64,000 nt of DNA from positions 3,408 through 67,407 of the IMG/VR virus record IMGVR_UViG_3300036859_000232; one strand, given 5' to 3'. The notes below the pieces were generated by a model. The model was not told the DNA's origin. It worked only from the letters and a program-made list of their open reading frames with translations, and searched no databases. Made by a program: the position numbers and the translations under genes. The stretch is from a virus. Every line of letters starts with the position of its first letter. The stretch's first letter is position 1. Positions 35,150-43,604 of the stretch are shown here, piece after piece.

Positions 35150-35493
35150 GACTCCGTGACCACCTGCGCGGCACGAAGGAGATTCCGTGGCATGGCAAGG
35201 CTATCCGGCTCGTTGAGGAAGGACGCCGCGTCCACGGCACCCACCTGATGCATGACGTGATGGTCTGTGTGGCGACGACGGACCCGGTGTTCGCGTTCCG
35301 GCGCTACATCAGCGACATCGGCACGTCATGGGGGGACAACGAGTCCAGTCGGAGACGGTGGGTCATGACCTGTCCGCGCTGCACGTCCTCGCAGGTCGTC
35401 ACGAAGAACCGGCCCTACCTGTCGGCGTACCTCTCATGCCTCAGGTGCGACTACAAGTGGCGACTGGTCCGTGGCCGGGTGGTGCCCGCATGA
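35146..35493 (+). CDS. Zn-ribbon cassette gene
   Basis: CPRC...CLRCDYKW. Coupled. Confidence 0.55.
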   Translation: MRLRDHLRGTKEIPWHGKAIRLVEEGRRVHGTHLMHDVMVCVATTDPVFAFRRYISDIGTSWGDNESSRRRWVMTCPRCTSSQVVTKNRPYLSAYLSCLRCDYKWRLVRGRVVPA

Positions 35494-35741
35494 ACTTCGA
35501 CCAGGCCATCATCCTGCTCACCGGGTTGGTCGTCGTCGGGAGCATCGCGTTCATGGTCTGGTACGAGAACCGGCCAACCCACCGCTGCGCTACTCCGCTG
35601 GCTGCTCGATACGGCGCTGAGTGGTCGTGCGCGTGCGGACGCACCTACGTCTTTGGCTCGTATCCAGGTGCGCTGCCCGGTGGAATGTGGAGACAGCGAC
35701 TCGTGGACGAGTCCTCCAGTGAAGACGATCGGTCAACATGA
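35490..35741 (+). CDS. Membrane-anchored cassette gene
   Basis: MNFDQAII... TM helix, H.C...W.CACG. Ends VDESSSEDDRST. Confidence 0.6.
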   Translation: MNFDQAIILLTGLVVVGSIAFMVWYENRPTHRCATPLAARYGAEWSCACGRTYVFGSYPGALPGGMWRQRLVDESSSEDDRST

Positions 35742-35849
35742 CTCACCTTGCGCGCTACGCGCGCTGCGTTCCCGGTAAGACCCGAGAGGCAGAGGGAGGA
35801 CAGGGCGGCTTTGCCTCTGTCCCCCTTTGCTTCGAGGGAAGGGGGACAA

Positions 35850-36020
35850 ATGGCGACTGAGCGGTTAGTTGTACCTGAAGAACATCTCGCCGAAGTCATT
35901 CGCGTTATTCGAACCGGAGTTCACCACACTCGTCCGCTGAAACGGGAAGTTCGTCTGGAATTACTGCGGTGGTGTGATGACGAGGAACAGTATCTTCGGG
36001 ACCTCGAAGAAGATGACTGA
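35850..36020 (+). CDS. Hypothetical small protein
   Basis: L.VPEEHL.EVIRVIR.G...WC.DEE.YL. RBS lies inside the hairpin TGTCCCCCTT/AAGGGGGACA. Confidence 0.6.
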   Translation: MATERLVVPEEHLAEVIRVIRTGVHHTRPLKREVRLELLRWCDDEEQYLRDLEEDD

Positions 36021-37650
36021 TCTCTCGGCTGTTCTCACCTTCCGCCAGCACCTTCGCGAATGCACGGCCTGTCCACTTCACGCACAATGCAAGGGTCCTG
36101 TCCCGTGGCGCGGTGACCTCAACCCCGAGTTCGCCGTCATGGGTGAGGCTCCCGGCAGGACTGAGGACGCGCGAAACGAACCGTTTGTCGGCGACACAGG
36201 CAACATCCTCAACCACTGGCTGAAAATCAAGGGATTCGATCCGAAGGTGATGACCTACTTCAACGCGGTGCAGTGTTACCCGAAGCGTCTACAACCGAAG
36301 CCCACCGCTGCGGAGATGAAGGCGTGTCGCGGATGGATGAACGGCCAACTGGAATTCATCCGGCCGAAGATCCTCATCACGCTGGGAGTGACAGCGTTCG
36401 AGTCGCTGATCGGCGGACGATGGCCGGAACTCAAACTCGTTCATGGGAAGCCTCTCATGCACCCGACATACGGCTGCTGGGTGTGGCCGTGTGTGGACGA
36501 GAAGACGAAGGCTCTTACCCCGCAAGGATGGAGAGGGTTCGAGGAACTTTCGGATGGAGATCTCATTGCAGTTGTGAACCCTCAGACGTTAACGTCTTCT
36601 TGGGAGCCTGCATCCTTCCATGGATACGACTACCACGATGAGATGGTCGTGATCGACGCGCGGTCATCCTCGCAATGGCTCTCCCCGAACCACCGTTGTC
36701 TCGTCCGTGATAGAGGGCAGAGACAATCAGTGATCGAGGCTTGGCAGCTAGATCCCCAACAAGCAAGACATGAGCTACCGATCCGTCATCAACTCCTAGC
36801 CGAACCAAGTCGTTCAATCGGTCAGGACTGGGCTGCGCTCGTTGCCTGGTACATCACCGAGGGCAGCATCCCTCACCACACTGGGAGTTCGATTCGTATC
36901 TACCAATCGTTGCGGACGGGACATGTTGAGACGATCAGGAAACTTCTCTACACAGTCGGGGCCACGTTCAAGGAACGTAATCCCCGCAGCGACGAATACG
37001 TCTTCTCGGTAACCGGACGAGTGGCCGAGAGGCTTCGTGCGCTAGCCCCTGGTCGAACAATGACTTCCGCGATGGCGCATCTGCCATATTCCGAAGCTGA
37101 CGCATTTCTCCAAGCTTTCATCGATGGTGATGGACATCGTTCTACTCGACGTAATCGTGAGGAACTTTCCATCATTCAGAAACCAGGACCAACGGTTGAC
37201 CAGCTTCAGATCCTCTTAGCGAGATTGGGCTGGAGGTCTATCGTTCGACCTCACGGCGACTGTGTGCGGATCGACATCAATGCGAAGTCCTGGTTCCAGC
37301 CTTACCCGCAGTCATTGGGAACAACGTCCTATCAAGGAACTATCTGGTGTCCTTCTACAAGCTCGGGATTCTGGGTGGCTCAACGCGACGGGTTCCCATT
37401 CATCACTGGTAATACCTACCACCCGTCCGCGTACTTGCGTGGGAGGAATAAGACCTACGAGACGAAGATCCTGAACGACCTCGAACGGTTGCGGATCTGG
37501 TGGACGAATCAAGAGGGTGGACTGGACATCTGTTACATCGCGAGTTGCGACCGACCGTTCTATCGGTATGACGACTGGGCGATCGGACTGTGTCAGCATC
37601 ATGCACAACGACAGGGGAGCCTCTTCCCGGAAGACGTAGGAGCCAGATGA
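36013..37650 (+). CDS. Family 4 uracil-DNA glycosylase containing an intein
   Basis: CTACPL, GEAPG..ED...PFVG, NAVQC, TLG..A and TYHPS motifs. Interrupted by an intein. Confidence 0.9.
   Translation: MTDLSAVLTFRQHLRECTACPLHAQCKGPVPWRGDLNPEFAVMGEAPGRTEDARNEPFVGDTGNILNHWLKIKGFDPKVMTYFNAVQCYPKRLQPKPTAAEMKACRGWMNGQLEFIRPKILITLGVTAFESLIGGRWPELKLVHGKPLMHPTYGCWVWPCVDEKTKALTPQGWRGFEELSDGDLIAVVNPQTLTSSWEPASFHGYDYHDEMVVIDARSSSQWLSPNHRCLVRDRGQRQSVIEAWQLDPQQARHELPIRHQLLAEPSRSIGQDWAALVAWYITEGSIPHHTGSSIRIYQSLRTGHVETIRKLLYTVGATFKERNPRSDEYVFSVTGRVAERLRALAPGRTMTSAMAHLPYSEADAFLQAFIDGDGHRSTRRNREELSIIQKPGPTVDQLQILLARLGWRSIVRPHGDCVRIDINAKSWFQPYPQSLGTTSYQGTIWCPSTSSGFWVAQRDGFPFITGNTYHPSAYLRGRNKTYETKILNDLERLRIWWTNQEGGLDICYIASCDRPFYRYDDWAIGLCQHHAQRQGSLFPEDVGAR
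36490..37413 (+). mobile_element. Intein (308 aa) with LAGLIDADG-type homing endonuclease
   Basis: Begins CVDEKTKALTPQGW. Block B SPNHR. LVAWYITEG and FLQAFIDGDG motifs. Ends FWVAQRDGFPFITGN, followed by Thr. Confidence 0.9.
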
Positions 37651-37859
37651 CCAACGAGTCGAAGAAGTCACCACGCATCTCTGCCGGTGTCGCCATCGAG
37701 GAGATGCGTGCGGCATTGAACGTCGAGAGTGGCGAGCCCACGTTCGACGACGTCCAGTACGCCGCATACTGGGCGATGATCTATCTCGCCGAGAACAAGG
37801 CCGGTGAGTTCGGGCACGAGATGAAGAAGAGACGTGCCCTCGCGGAGCTGGACACATGA
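37647..37859 (+). CDS. Hypothetical protein
   Basis: AGGAG RBS, ATGA coupled. Ends ELDT. Confidence 0.6.
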   Translation: MTNESKKSPRISAGVAIEEMRAALNVESGEPTFDDVQYAAYWAMIYLAENKAGEFGHEMKKRRALAELDT

Positions 37860-38247
37860 GCCTTACTGAACGTCGAGCAATATTCGTCTACGAGGGAGCA
37901 CGACTCGCGGCCGTTGCTGCCAAGGCTCCAATCATCCCTGAACTATGGAAAGAACGCGAGCCGCATTTCCAGGAACAGTTCCTCGAAGTCATCGAACGAC
38001 AGATGGGGCCGATGCGTTCGGAGTCACCCGAGGAACTTCATGGCTCTTGGGTGCAGGCGTACGTCGACATGGGATGGACGTATGGATCCGAACGCGATAC
38101 CGAGAAGAAGACGCACCCGGACATGGTCCCGTACGCCAAACTCGGGCAGTTGGAGCAGGACAAGGATGCTGTGTTCGTAGCGCTGTGCGAGATCGCGCGT
38201 CAGTGGATTTACGACCTTCCGGATGAATCGGAGTTGGACACATGAGC
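37843..38247 (+). repeat. 19-nt direct repeat flanking the RyR-domain gene
   Basis: CGGAG(C/T)TGGACACATGAGC at 37843-37861 and 38229-38247. Confidence 0.8.
37856..38245 (+). CDS. RyR-domain protein
   Basis: H.SW.....GWTYG..RD..KKTHP.MVPY..L...EQDKD. Confidence 0.8.
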   Translation: MSLTERRAIFVYEGARLAAVAAKAPIIPELWKEREPHFQEQFLEVIERQMGPMRSESPEELHGSWVQAYVDMGWTYGSERDTEKKTHPDMVPYAKLGQLEQDKDAVFVALCEIARQWIYDLPDESELDT

Positions 38248-38529
38248 GACCAGAACGGACTCAAGGGTGGAGTGCTTCTCGGTGGTCGACAGTTCACCAT
38301 CACTCTCTCCCGCGAGCAGGACGCCACGCTGAAAGTTCTCGCGCAGATCAACAAGACCTCGGCTGGAGTGGTGCTCGACTACATCGTTGCCAAGGGGATA
38401 GACATGGCGTGGGAGGAATTCATGGTCAGTAAGTTGATGTGGTCGCTGGCGAATTGGGTGACGTGGGCGCGATGGGGGACGGCAGTTGAGCAGTCATCCA
38501 GTCGAGACACCGAGTCAGGAGGCAAGTGA
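38242..38529 (+). CDS. Hypothetical (RHH-like) cassette gene
   Basis: [17 protein letters not shown]. Ends [15 protein letters not shown]. Confidence 0.55.
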   Translation: MSDQNGLKGGVLLGGRQFTITLSREQDATLKVLAQINKTSAGVVLDYIVAKGIDMAWEEFMVSKLMWSLANWVTWARWGTAVEQSSSRDTESGGK

Positions 38530-38948
38530 TGGGAACAAGGGCCGACTTCTACGTCGGACGCGGCAAAGACGCTGAGTGGCTGGGCTCGATCTCGTGCGAC
38601 GGCTACCCCGAGGGCATCGACATCGACGTCCTGATGACGACGACGCGGGAGACCTACGAGGCCGCGCTGATGCGGTTCTTCGCCCAGCGTGACGACGTGT
38701 CCGGGCCTGACCACGGCTGGCCTTGGCCCTGGAACGACTCGAACATCACCGACTACGCCTACGCCTTCGATGAGGGCAAGGTCTGGGCGCATGGGTACGG
38801 CTGGTTCGATCCGATGCAACCCGAGCCTGAGGAACACGACGACTTCGGGAAGCCGACAACCGAGTTCCCGGATATGAGCGAGCGCAAGAACGTCGCCGTT
38901 CCGGGCTCGATTCGCTCAGGAATGATCGCGTTCGGAGTGACCGAGTGA
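38529..38948 (+). CDS. Hypothetical protein (MGTRADFY...DGYP family)
   Basis: AGGAGG RBS supplied by the junction. WPWPW..S..TDYAY.FD. Confidence 0.75.
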   Translation: MGTRADFYVGRGKDAEWLGSISCDGYPEGIDIDVLMTTTRETYEAALMRFFAQRDDVSGPDHGWPWPWNDSNITDYAYAFDEGKVWAHGYGWFDPMQPEPEEHDDFGKPTTEFPDMSERKNVAVPGSIRSGMIAFGVTE

Positions 38949-38982
38949 CCACTCGTCAGCACAAGTCCGCTGGCGGTGCGGA

Positions 38983-39174
38983 GTGAGCGACTACCCCGAT
39001 AACTGGCCCGGGTTCACGGACGCCGAGGACATGCTGTGTGAGCACCATGCTTGCCGGTGCGCACGGGCGAACGAACTTGCATCTATGGGGCTGGTGCCGG
39101 ATGCGATTCGCGCGCACGAGGAGCGGGTCAGGTGTCGGCAGCGACCGGCCCACAACGAGAGAACGGACGCATGA
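38983..39174 (+). CDS. Hypothetical cassette gene
   Basis: GTGA coupled. Ends PAHNERTDA. Confidence 0.55.
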   Translation: MSDYPDNWPGFTDAEDMLCEHHACRCARANELASMGLVPDAIRAHEERVRCRQRPAHNERTDA

Positions 39175-39308
39175 AGGCCGGGAAGCGTCCACCGTGCTCG
39201 AAGTCGGATTGCAAGAACAAGGCCATCGTCCGCACAACCGAAGGCTGGTTCTGCGGCAAGCACTCGCCGCGCAAGGACGGCAAGAAGAAGAGTTGGAGAG
39301 GCTCGTGA
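39171..39308 (+). CDS. Small Zn-finger protein
   Basis: CSKSDC...WFCGKH. Confidence 0.55.
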   Translation: MKAGKRPPCSKSDCKNKAIVRTTEGWFCGKHSPRKDGKKKSWRGS

Positions 39309-39507
39309 CTTTCGGACGCCCGACGTGCGCTGGGGAAGCCCCATCCTGGGGTCCTGGCGCGGCGTCCGTTCACGAGTCCTCACCCGACGAGACTTGACAA
39401 CCTCTAAGAAATGTGGTCCACGGATCCCTGTCGAAGATTGACCTGACGCAGAGAGCCTCCTAGCGTGAACGGGTCCGACCAAAGACCCCAACACGGGAGG
39501 CTCTCGC

Positions 39508-39993
39508 ATGGCTACTGTACCCATCCAAGTCAAGCGTCATCCTGTCCTCACCGCCGTCCTCGCGTGGATCCTCGTCATGACTCCGGTGGGCATGACCGCT
39601 GAGGCCGCGTTCCATCTCGACCACACCTACGAGCCCAGTCATGGGATGGACCTCTTCCCTGACGTACAGGGGCTCCATACACAGCCGCCACAGGCCCTCC
39701 CTGCTCCTGTACGGGCTTCCGGCCACTCAGTTGTCGTCCAAGTCCATTTCAAGCCCGGAGGCGACTTCTGGCGGGCGCTGGCGAACTGTGAGAGCCCAGA
39801 CGGACGGTCAGGCCGATACCTCGGCTACTTCCAGTTCCACCCGAACACGTGGCAGGCCACGGGTGGCGGGGACCTCGGGTCCTACGAACACCAGAAGACT
39901 CGCGCGCAACAGTGGGCCGCGAAGGTGGATCCGGGGTCAACCGCGGGCTGGCCGGTGTGTTGGTGGCGGGCGAAGCGAGCCACGGGTGGCTGA
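39508..39993 (+). CDS. Rpf-like lytic transglycosylase with signal/anchor
   Basis: W.ALANCES...YLGYFQF...TW...GG...Q..RA...GWPVC. Upstream promoter TTGACC-17-TAGCGT. Confidence 0.8.
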   Translation: MATVPIQVKRHPVLTAVLAWILVMTPVGMTAEAAFHLDHTYEPSHGMDLFPDVQGLHTQPPQALPAPVRASGHSVVVQVHFKPGGDFWRALANCESPDGRSGRYLGYFQFHPNTWQATGGGDLGSYEHQKTRAQQWAAKVDPGSTAGWPVCWWRAKRATGG

Positions 39994-40156
39994 AGTCCAT
40001 CTGTTCACCCTTGTCTGTCCGGTCATTCTCGACAGCGATGGCAATCACATCGCCGGGTGCGGCAAGGGCTGGGAGTCCACCAACCGGACGGAAGCGTGTA
40101 CCGGGTGCGGGATGGTCGGCAAAGTGATCGACGTCACCTTTGTTCAGCCGGTCTAA
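39986..40156 (+). CDS. Small Zn-ribbon protein
   Basis: CP...GCG...CTGCG. Confidence 0.5.
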   Translation: MAEVHLFTLVCPVILDSDGNHIAGCGKGWESTNRTEACTGCGMVGKVIDVTFVQPV

Positions 40157-40166
40157 CCCTTCGTCG

Positions 40167-40493
40167 TCATGTTGGTGGGAACAACTTTGGTTCAACCGCG
40201 GATTCGTTGTTGTCCACGGCCTTCTTCGCCTCGTAGGCCACTCTCGCGAAAGATGACAATCCGTATCCGAACAACACTGTGCTCGCGACGTTTAACTTTC
40301 CGAGTGCGATGCTGCCGACATCGATTCCTGCCGAGAAGTCACTGGCTCGAAGCAGGAACGCCACGCCGACGCCCACGAGTACGACTACCACGAGTGTCGC
40401 CAAGTCGTTCCATTTCTTGTTGCTGACCAACTTCAACGCCGACACTGCCGTCCAGATCATTGCTCCTGCGACTACGAGTGGTGCGAACTCCAT
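40167..40493 (-). CDS. Holin
   Basis: Three hydrophobic helices, in the lysis cassette. Confidence 0.65.
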   Translation of the reverse strand: MEFAPLVVAGAMIWTAVSALKLVSNKKWNDLATLVVVVLVGVGVAFLLRASDFSAGIDVGSIALGKLNVASTVLFGYGLSSFARVAYEAKKAVDNNESAVEPKLFPPT

Positions 40494-40533
40494 GACACCC
40501 TCCTCTATCGGGTACGACGGACGATATTAGCCC

Positions 40534-41076
40534 TTATGGTCCCGAGTTTGCCATCACGCCTGCGATGATTCCGGCGATGGTCAGCAGCACGAGGATGAAC
40601 CCGGCTGCTGCGTAGATTCCTTGCCGACTCTCAACCGATCCAACCTTCTTCTGCTCGACAGCCGAGACCCGACTATCAACTTCACTCACGCGAGCTGCGA
40701 CGAGATTCACTTTCTCGTCAACACGTGAGGCGAGGAGATTCACCTTCTCGTCCAGCGACACGTGTTGAACTGTGTACTCACCACGCGGCATGAACTGGTT
40801 GGACTGATCCGCAAGTTGAGCACGGAACTCGTTCACACTCTCGAACCGCTTCTCAGTCGCGGTCTCGGCCTTCAGGACCGCCTTATCCTGCGCCTCGAAG
40901 CGGTCGTAATACCGTTTATCCCGCTCGTCCATAACTTCTCTGTAGCGCCGGTCCCTCTCGTCCATCAGTTCACGTAGTTGAGCGATCTCTCGGTGGAGGG
41001 CGTCAGTTGTGAGGGCGGTTGGATCGGACTTGAACTTCCCCTCTTCCTCCCCAACACGCTGCGCTTGTTCGCTCAT
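40534..41076 (-). CDS. Coiled-coil protein with C-terminal TM (lysis-associated)
   Basis: KAV.KAE.ATEKRFESVNEFR..L.D motif and a C-terminal hydrophobic helix. Confidence 0.7.
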   Translation of the reverse strand: MSEQAQRVGEEEGKFKSDPTALTTDALHREIAQLRELMDERDRRYREVMDERDKRYYDRFEAQDKAVLKAETATEKRFESVNEFRAQLADQSNQFMPRGEYTVQHVSLDEKVNLLASRVDEKVNLVAARVSEVDSRVSAVEQKKVGSVESRQGIYAAAGFILVLLTIAGIIAGVMANSGP

Positions 41077-41685
41077 CTACGGCTTGGTCACCACGTCGTA
41101 GATGGCGTCAACTCCCTGCATGTATCCGCCATCCGGATTCGGTACCGTCAGATGCAGGTAGAGCGGCTTGAGGATCCCCCACTTGTCCTTCGCGAGTTCC
41201 TCAGTGAGAACCTCGCGCATCGCGTCCTTCAACTCTTGTTTCGTCGCCATATCGAACCAATCCTCCTCTGCTCCGGTGATCTTTCCCCGAACCTTCTCGC
41301 GGGTGAGCGTACGTCGTGCGTTGCGCTTGAGTCCGATATGGACGTGATCGGTGTGGGGCGAGGGGCCGGTGTAGCTACGCTCGTTGGGGTTCCCGAAGCC
41401 CACGACGCGACGGTTGAAGATAACGGATTGGATTCCGAGGTCGTTGGCGTTCTTGACGCACCAGTCGAACAACTTCCGGCCCTTGACGACGTCGGTCGTG
41501 AAGAAGTCGCACGCTCCGCACTCGCAATGTTCTGATCGCGTCCGAGCACAGCGAGAACGATCGCGGATGACCTCTGTACGCGAATAGCCGAAAACTTCGG
41601 CGACAACCTTCCTGAACGCTGCCATGCCGGGTGGAATGGATGACGAGTAGACCCCAGACGGTTCGTCGTATTGACTTAGCGACAT
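41077..41685 (-). CDS. Endolysin (Zn peptidase, M15-like)
   Basis: SEH...ACDF and HTDHVHI Zn-binding motifs. Upstream of membrane genes. Confidence 0.75.
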   Translation of the reverse strand: MSLSQYDEPSGVYSSSIPPGMAAFRKVVAEVFGYSRTEVIRDRSRCARTRSEHCECGACDFFTTDVVKGRKLFDWCVKNANDLGIQSVIFNRRVVGFGNPNERSYTGPSPHTDHVHIGLKRNARRTLTREKVRGKITGAEEDWFDMATKQELKDAMREVLTEELAKDKWGILKPLYLHLTVPNPDGGYMQGVDAIYDVVTKP

Positions 41686-41712
41686 GTCACCACCCTTATT
41701 CGCTCCGCTGAA

Positions 41713-42360
41713 TTATAGGCTCACCAACGTTACGACCATGGACGCCCGCAGAATCGTCACTGGCCCTCCAACCTCTGTCCCTACTGCTGATCCACCGCGG
41801 TCCTTCGCGTCCTCGCCGATGGTGATACGAACTTTGTCGCCCGTTCTCATTGCGAACTCATCCGTTAACGAGATGAACGACTCATGAACAACATCTCGGT
41901 CCCGTGACTCCCTGTTCGCTGAGATAACCCCGTATGCGACCCCCTTGTGGAACTCCAGTCGGATCGTGTTGAAGCTTCCATCATTGTTGTCGAAGTTCGC
42001 GTATGCCGAAACGCGCCATTTAGCGTCGAAGGGGATGACCGCTACTTCCGCAACCGACGAGATTCCGTATGGATCGTACTCCACAGTTGAAAATGGAATC
42101 GGGTCATTGGCGTTGAGAGGGACCGGGATATCGCGGACCTTCCGCATCGTTGGCCAAATGAACCGGTCCTGCATCTCCGCGAACATCCCATCGCCGTACG
42201 TGTCGCATTCGAGTATCTGGTCGGGGTCCTCGCTGAAGTTGAACAACAAACGGAAAGGATTGGTCGGTGTGCCCTTCCCTCGGACATTGATGCACGCGTG
42301 CTTGTCGAATCGACAACCGCATTCGGTGAAGTCGATCTCTTCGTCGACGCACTCGACCAT
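41713..42360 (-). CDS. Minor tail/virion protein (paralog B)
   Basis: G.GT..NPF motif. Shares YANFDNNDGS.NTIRLE with its neighbour. Confidence 0.6.
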   Translation of the reverse strand: MVECVDEEIDFTECGCRFDKHACINVRGKGTPTNPFRLLFNFSEDPDQILECDTYGDGMFAEMQDRFIWPTMRKVRDIPVPLNANDPIPFSTVEYDPYGISSVAEVAVIPFDAKWRVSAYANFDNNDGSFNTIRLEFHKGVAYGVISANRESRDRDVVHESFISLTDEFAMRTGDKVRITIGEDAKDRGGSAVGTEVGGPVTILRASMVVTLVSL

Positions 42361-42362
42361 CG

Positions 42363-42971
42363 CTAACTCTCCAGCGATACGAAGGACACGACCATCGACG
42401 CCTGGAGGATGGACACTCCGGCTGTTGCGTCCTCCCCGACCGTGAACTTCACAAGGTCACCTTCGTTGAACAGGAACTCATTGGAGTAGTTGAGGAAAGA
42501 CTCGTGGACGACATCAACATCACGGGACTCACGCGACGCCTCGATGATCGAGTATCCCCCACCCGAGTTGATCTCTAACCGGATGGTGTTGTAGGAGCCG
42601 TCGTTGTTGTCGAAGTTCGCATATCCGGTGACTCGGAACATACCGTCGAAGGGAATCTCGACCTCTGCCGACGAGAACGACATGGGCGTGAGGGCGTAGT
42701 CGTACTCCAGCGTGTCGTAGGTGAGATTGTCGTTGGCGTTGAACGAGGCAGAGGCGTTACGGACCTTCCGCACCGTCGCCACCGTGAACCGGTCCCGCAT
42801 CTTGGCGAACAGTCCAGACGGCGTACATTCGATGATGTTGTCGGGGTCCGCAGAGATGATGGGGACGGGGGTGACGACTCCATCGACGACCGCCAGTTCG
42901 ATGCAGTCCGAGTCCTCGAAGCTACATTGGCACCCAGCCGCGAGAACAGTCCCGCATCGTGGACAGTTCAC
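42363..42971 (-). CDS. Minor tail/virion protein (paralog A)
   Basis: ISADPDN...GLF motif. Paralog of 41713-42360. Start uncertain. Confidence 0.6.
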   Translation of the reverse strand: MNCPRCGTVLAAGCQCSFEDSDCIELAVVDGVVTPVPIISADPDNIIECTPSGLFAKMRDRFTVATVRKVRNASASFNANDNLTYDTLEYDYALTPMSFSSAEVEIPFDGMFRVTGYANFDNNDGSYNTIRLEINSGGGYSIIEASRESRDVDVVHESFLNYSNEFLFNEGDLVKFTVGEDATAGVSILQASMVVSFVSLES

Positions 42972-43014
42972 TGAAAGGTCCGTAGCAGGAGGCTGTGAAT
43001 GATACTATTCTCCT

Positions 43015-43512
43015 ATGACTCGTTCAGGACGACCAACTTTAACCATCACCGACATCATGTCACTTGGTCAACGAACATCTGAGGGATGTCTTCTGTGGCC
43101 GCGCGGGACAAACGGACTCGGGTATGGACGCGTCAGGATCCATGGACGTCTCTGGGTCGTACATCGATTCGTTTGGACTGAGTTACGTGGCGAGATTCCA
43201 GAGGGGATAACGCTCGATCATGAATGTCATAATCGCGCGGCACGCAAGGAAAAGTGTCAAGTCCCCGAAGGGGAATGTCCACATCGAAGATGCTACGAAC
43301 TCGGCCATCTTGTTCCACGGGAGCAGTGCGACAATTGGTCACGAGGTAACCAAGGTGGCGCTGCCATTCATCGGGCGAAAACGCATTGCCCTCAAGGCCA
43401 TCCGTACTCAGGAGAGAATCTCTACGTACGACCGAACGGTGAGAGATGTTGTCGTCAATGTCGCCGCGAGGATGATCGTCATCGGAAGGAAATGAAACGT
43501 CTCAGTCGTTAA
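43015..43512 (+). CDS. HNH homing endonuclease (antisense insertion)
   Basis: C.LW...GYG...VHR..W...LDHEC.N...HL. C-terminal KTHCPQGHPYSGENLY...C..C. Leaderless TACTAT-6nt-ATG. Confidence 0.85.
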   Translation: MTRSGRPTLTITDIMSLGQRTSEGCLLWPRGTNGLGYGRVRIHGRLWVVHRFVWTELRGEIPEGITLDHECHNRAARKEKCQVPEGECPHRRCYELGHLVPREQCDNWSRGNQGGAAIHRAKTHCPQGHPYSGENLYVRPNGERCCRQCRREDDRHRKEMKRLSR

Positions 43513-43558
43513 GACATCCACCAGCGATAACCGCTTGACAACGTGGACAGTTCGCCAT
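43502..43558 (-). pseudogene. Orphaned 5' end duplicate of gene 42363-42971
   Basis: MANCPRCQAVIAGGC versus VNCPRCGTVLAAGC. 12-nt identity GAACTGTCCACG. Preceded by TACACT and AGGA. Confidence 0.65.
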
Positions 43559-43604
43559 GTGGTCCTAGTGTAGAGAGGTCTGTGCCACGAGCAAGGGTTT
43601 CAGG

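Larger units (their letters stand above)
34608..39397 (+). repeat. Array 2 of gene-junction (cassette) motifs, about 8 copies
   Basis: 34614-34645 matches 10199-10168 (31/32). 38487-38529 matches 10686-10642. 39151-39170 = 9833-9814. 38956-38970 = 10052-10038. 39368-39381 = 9472-9459. Confidence 0.75.

Noticed and set aside
41713-42971. Diversity-generating retroelement TR/VR pair
   Set aside because: The similarity is a whole-gene paralogy, not adenine-specific, and no reverse transcriptase is seen.
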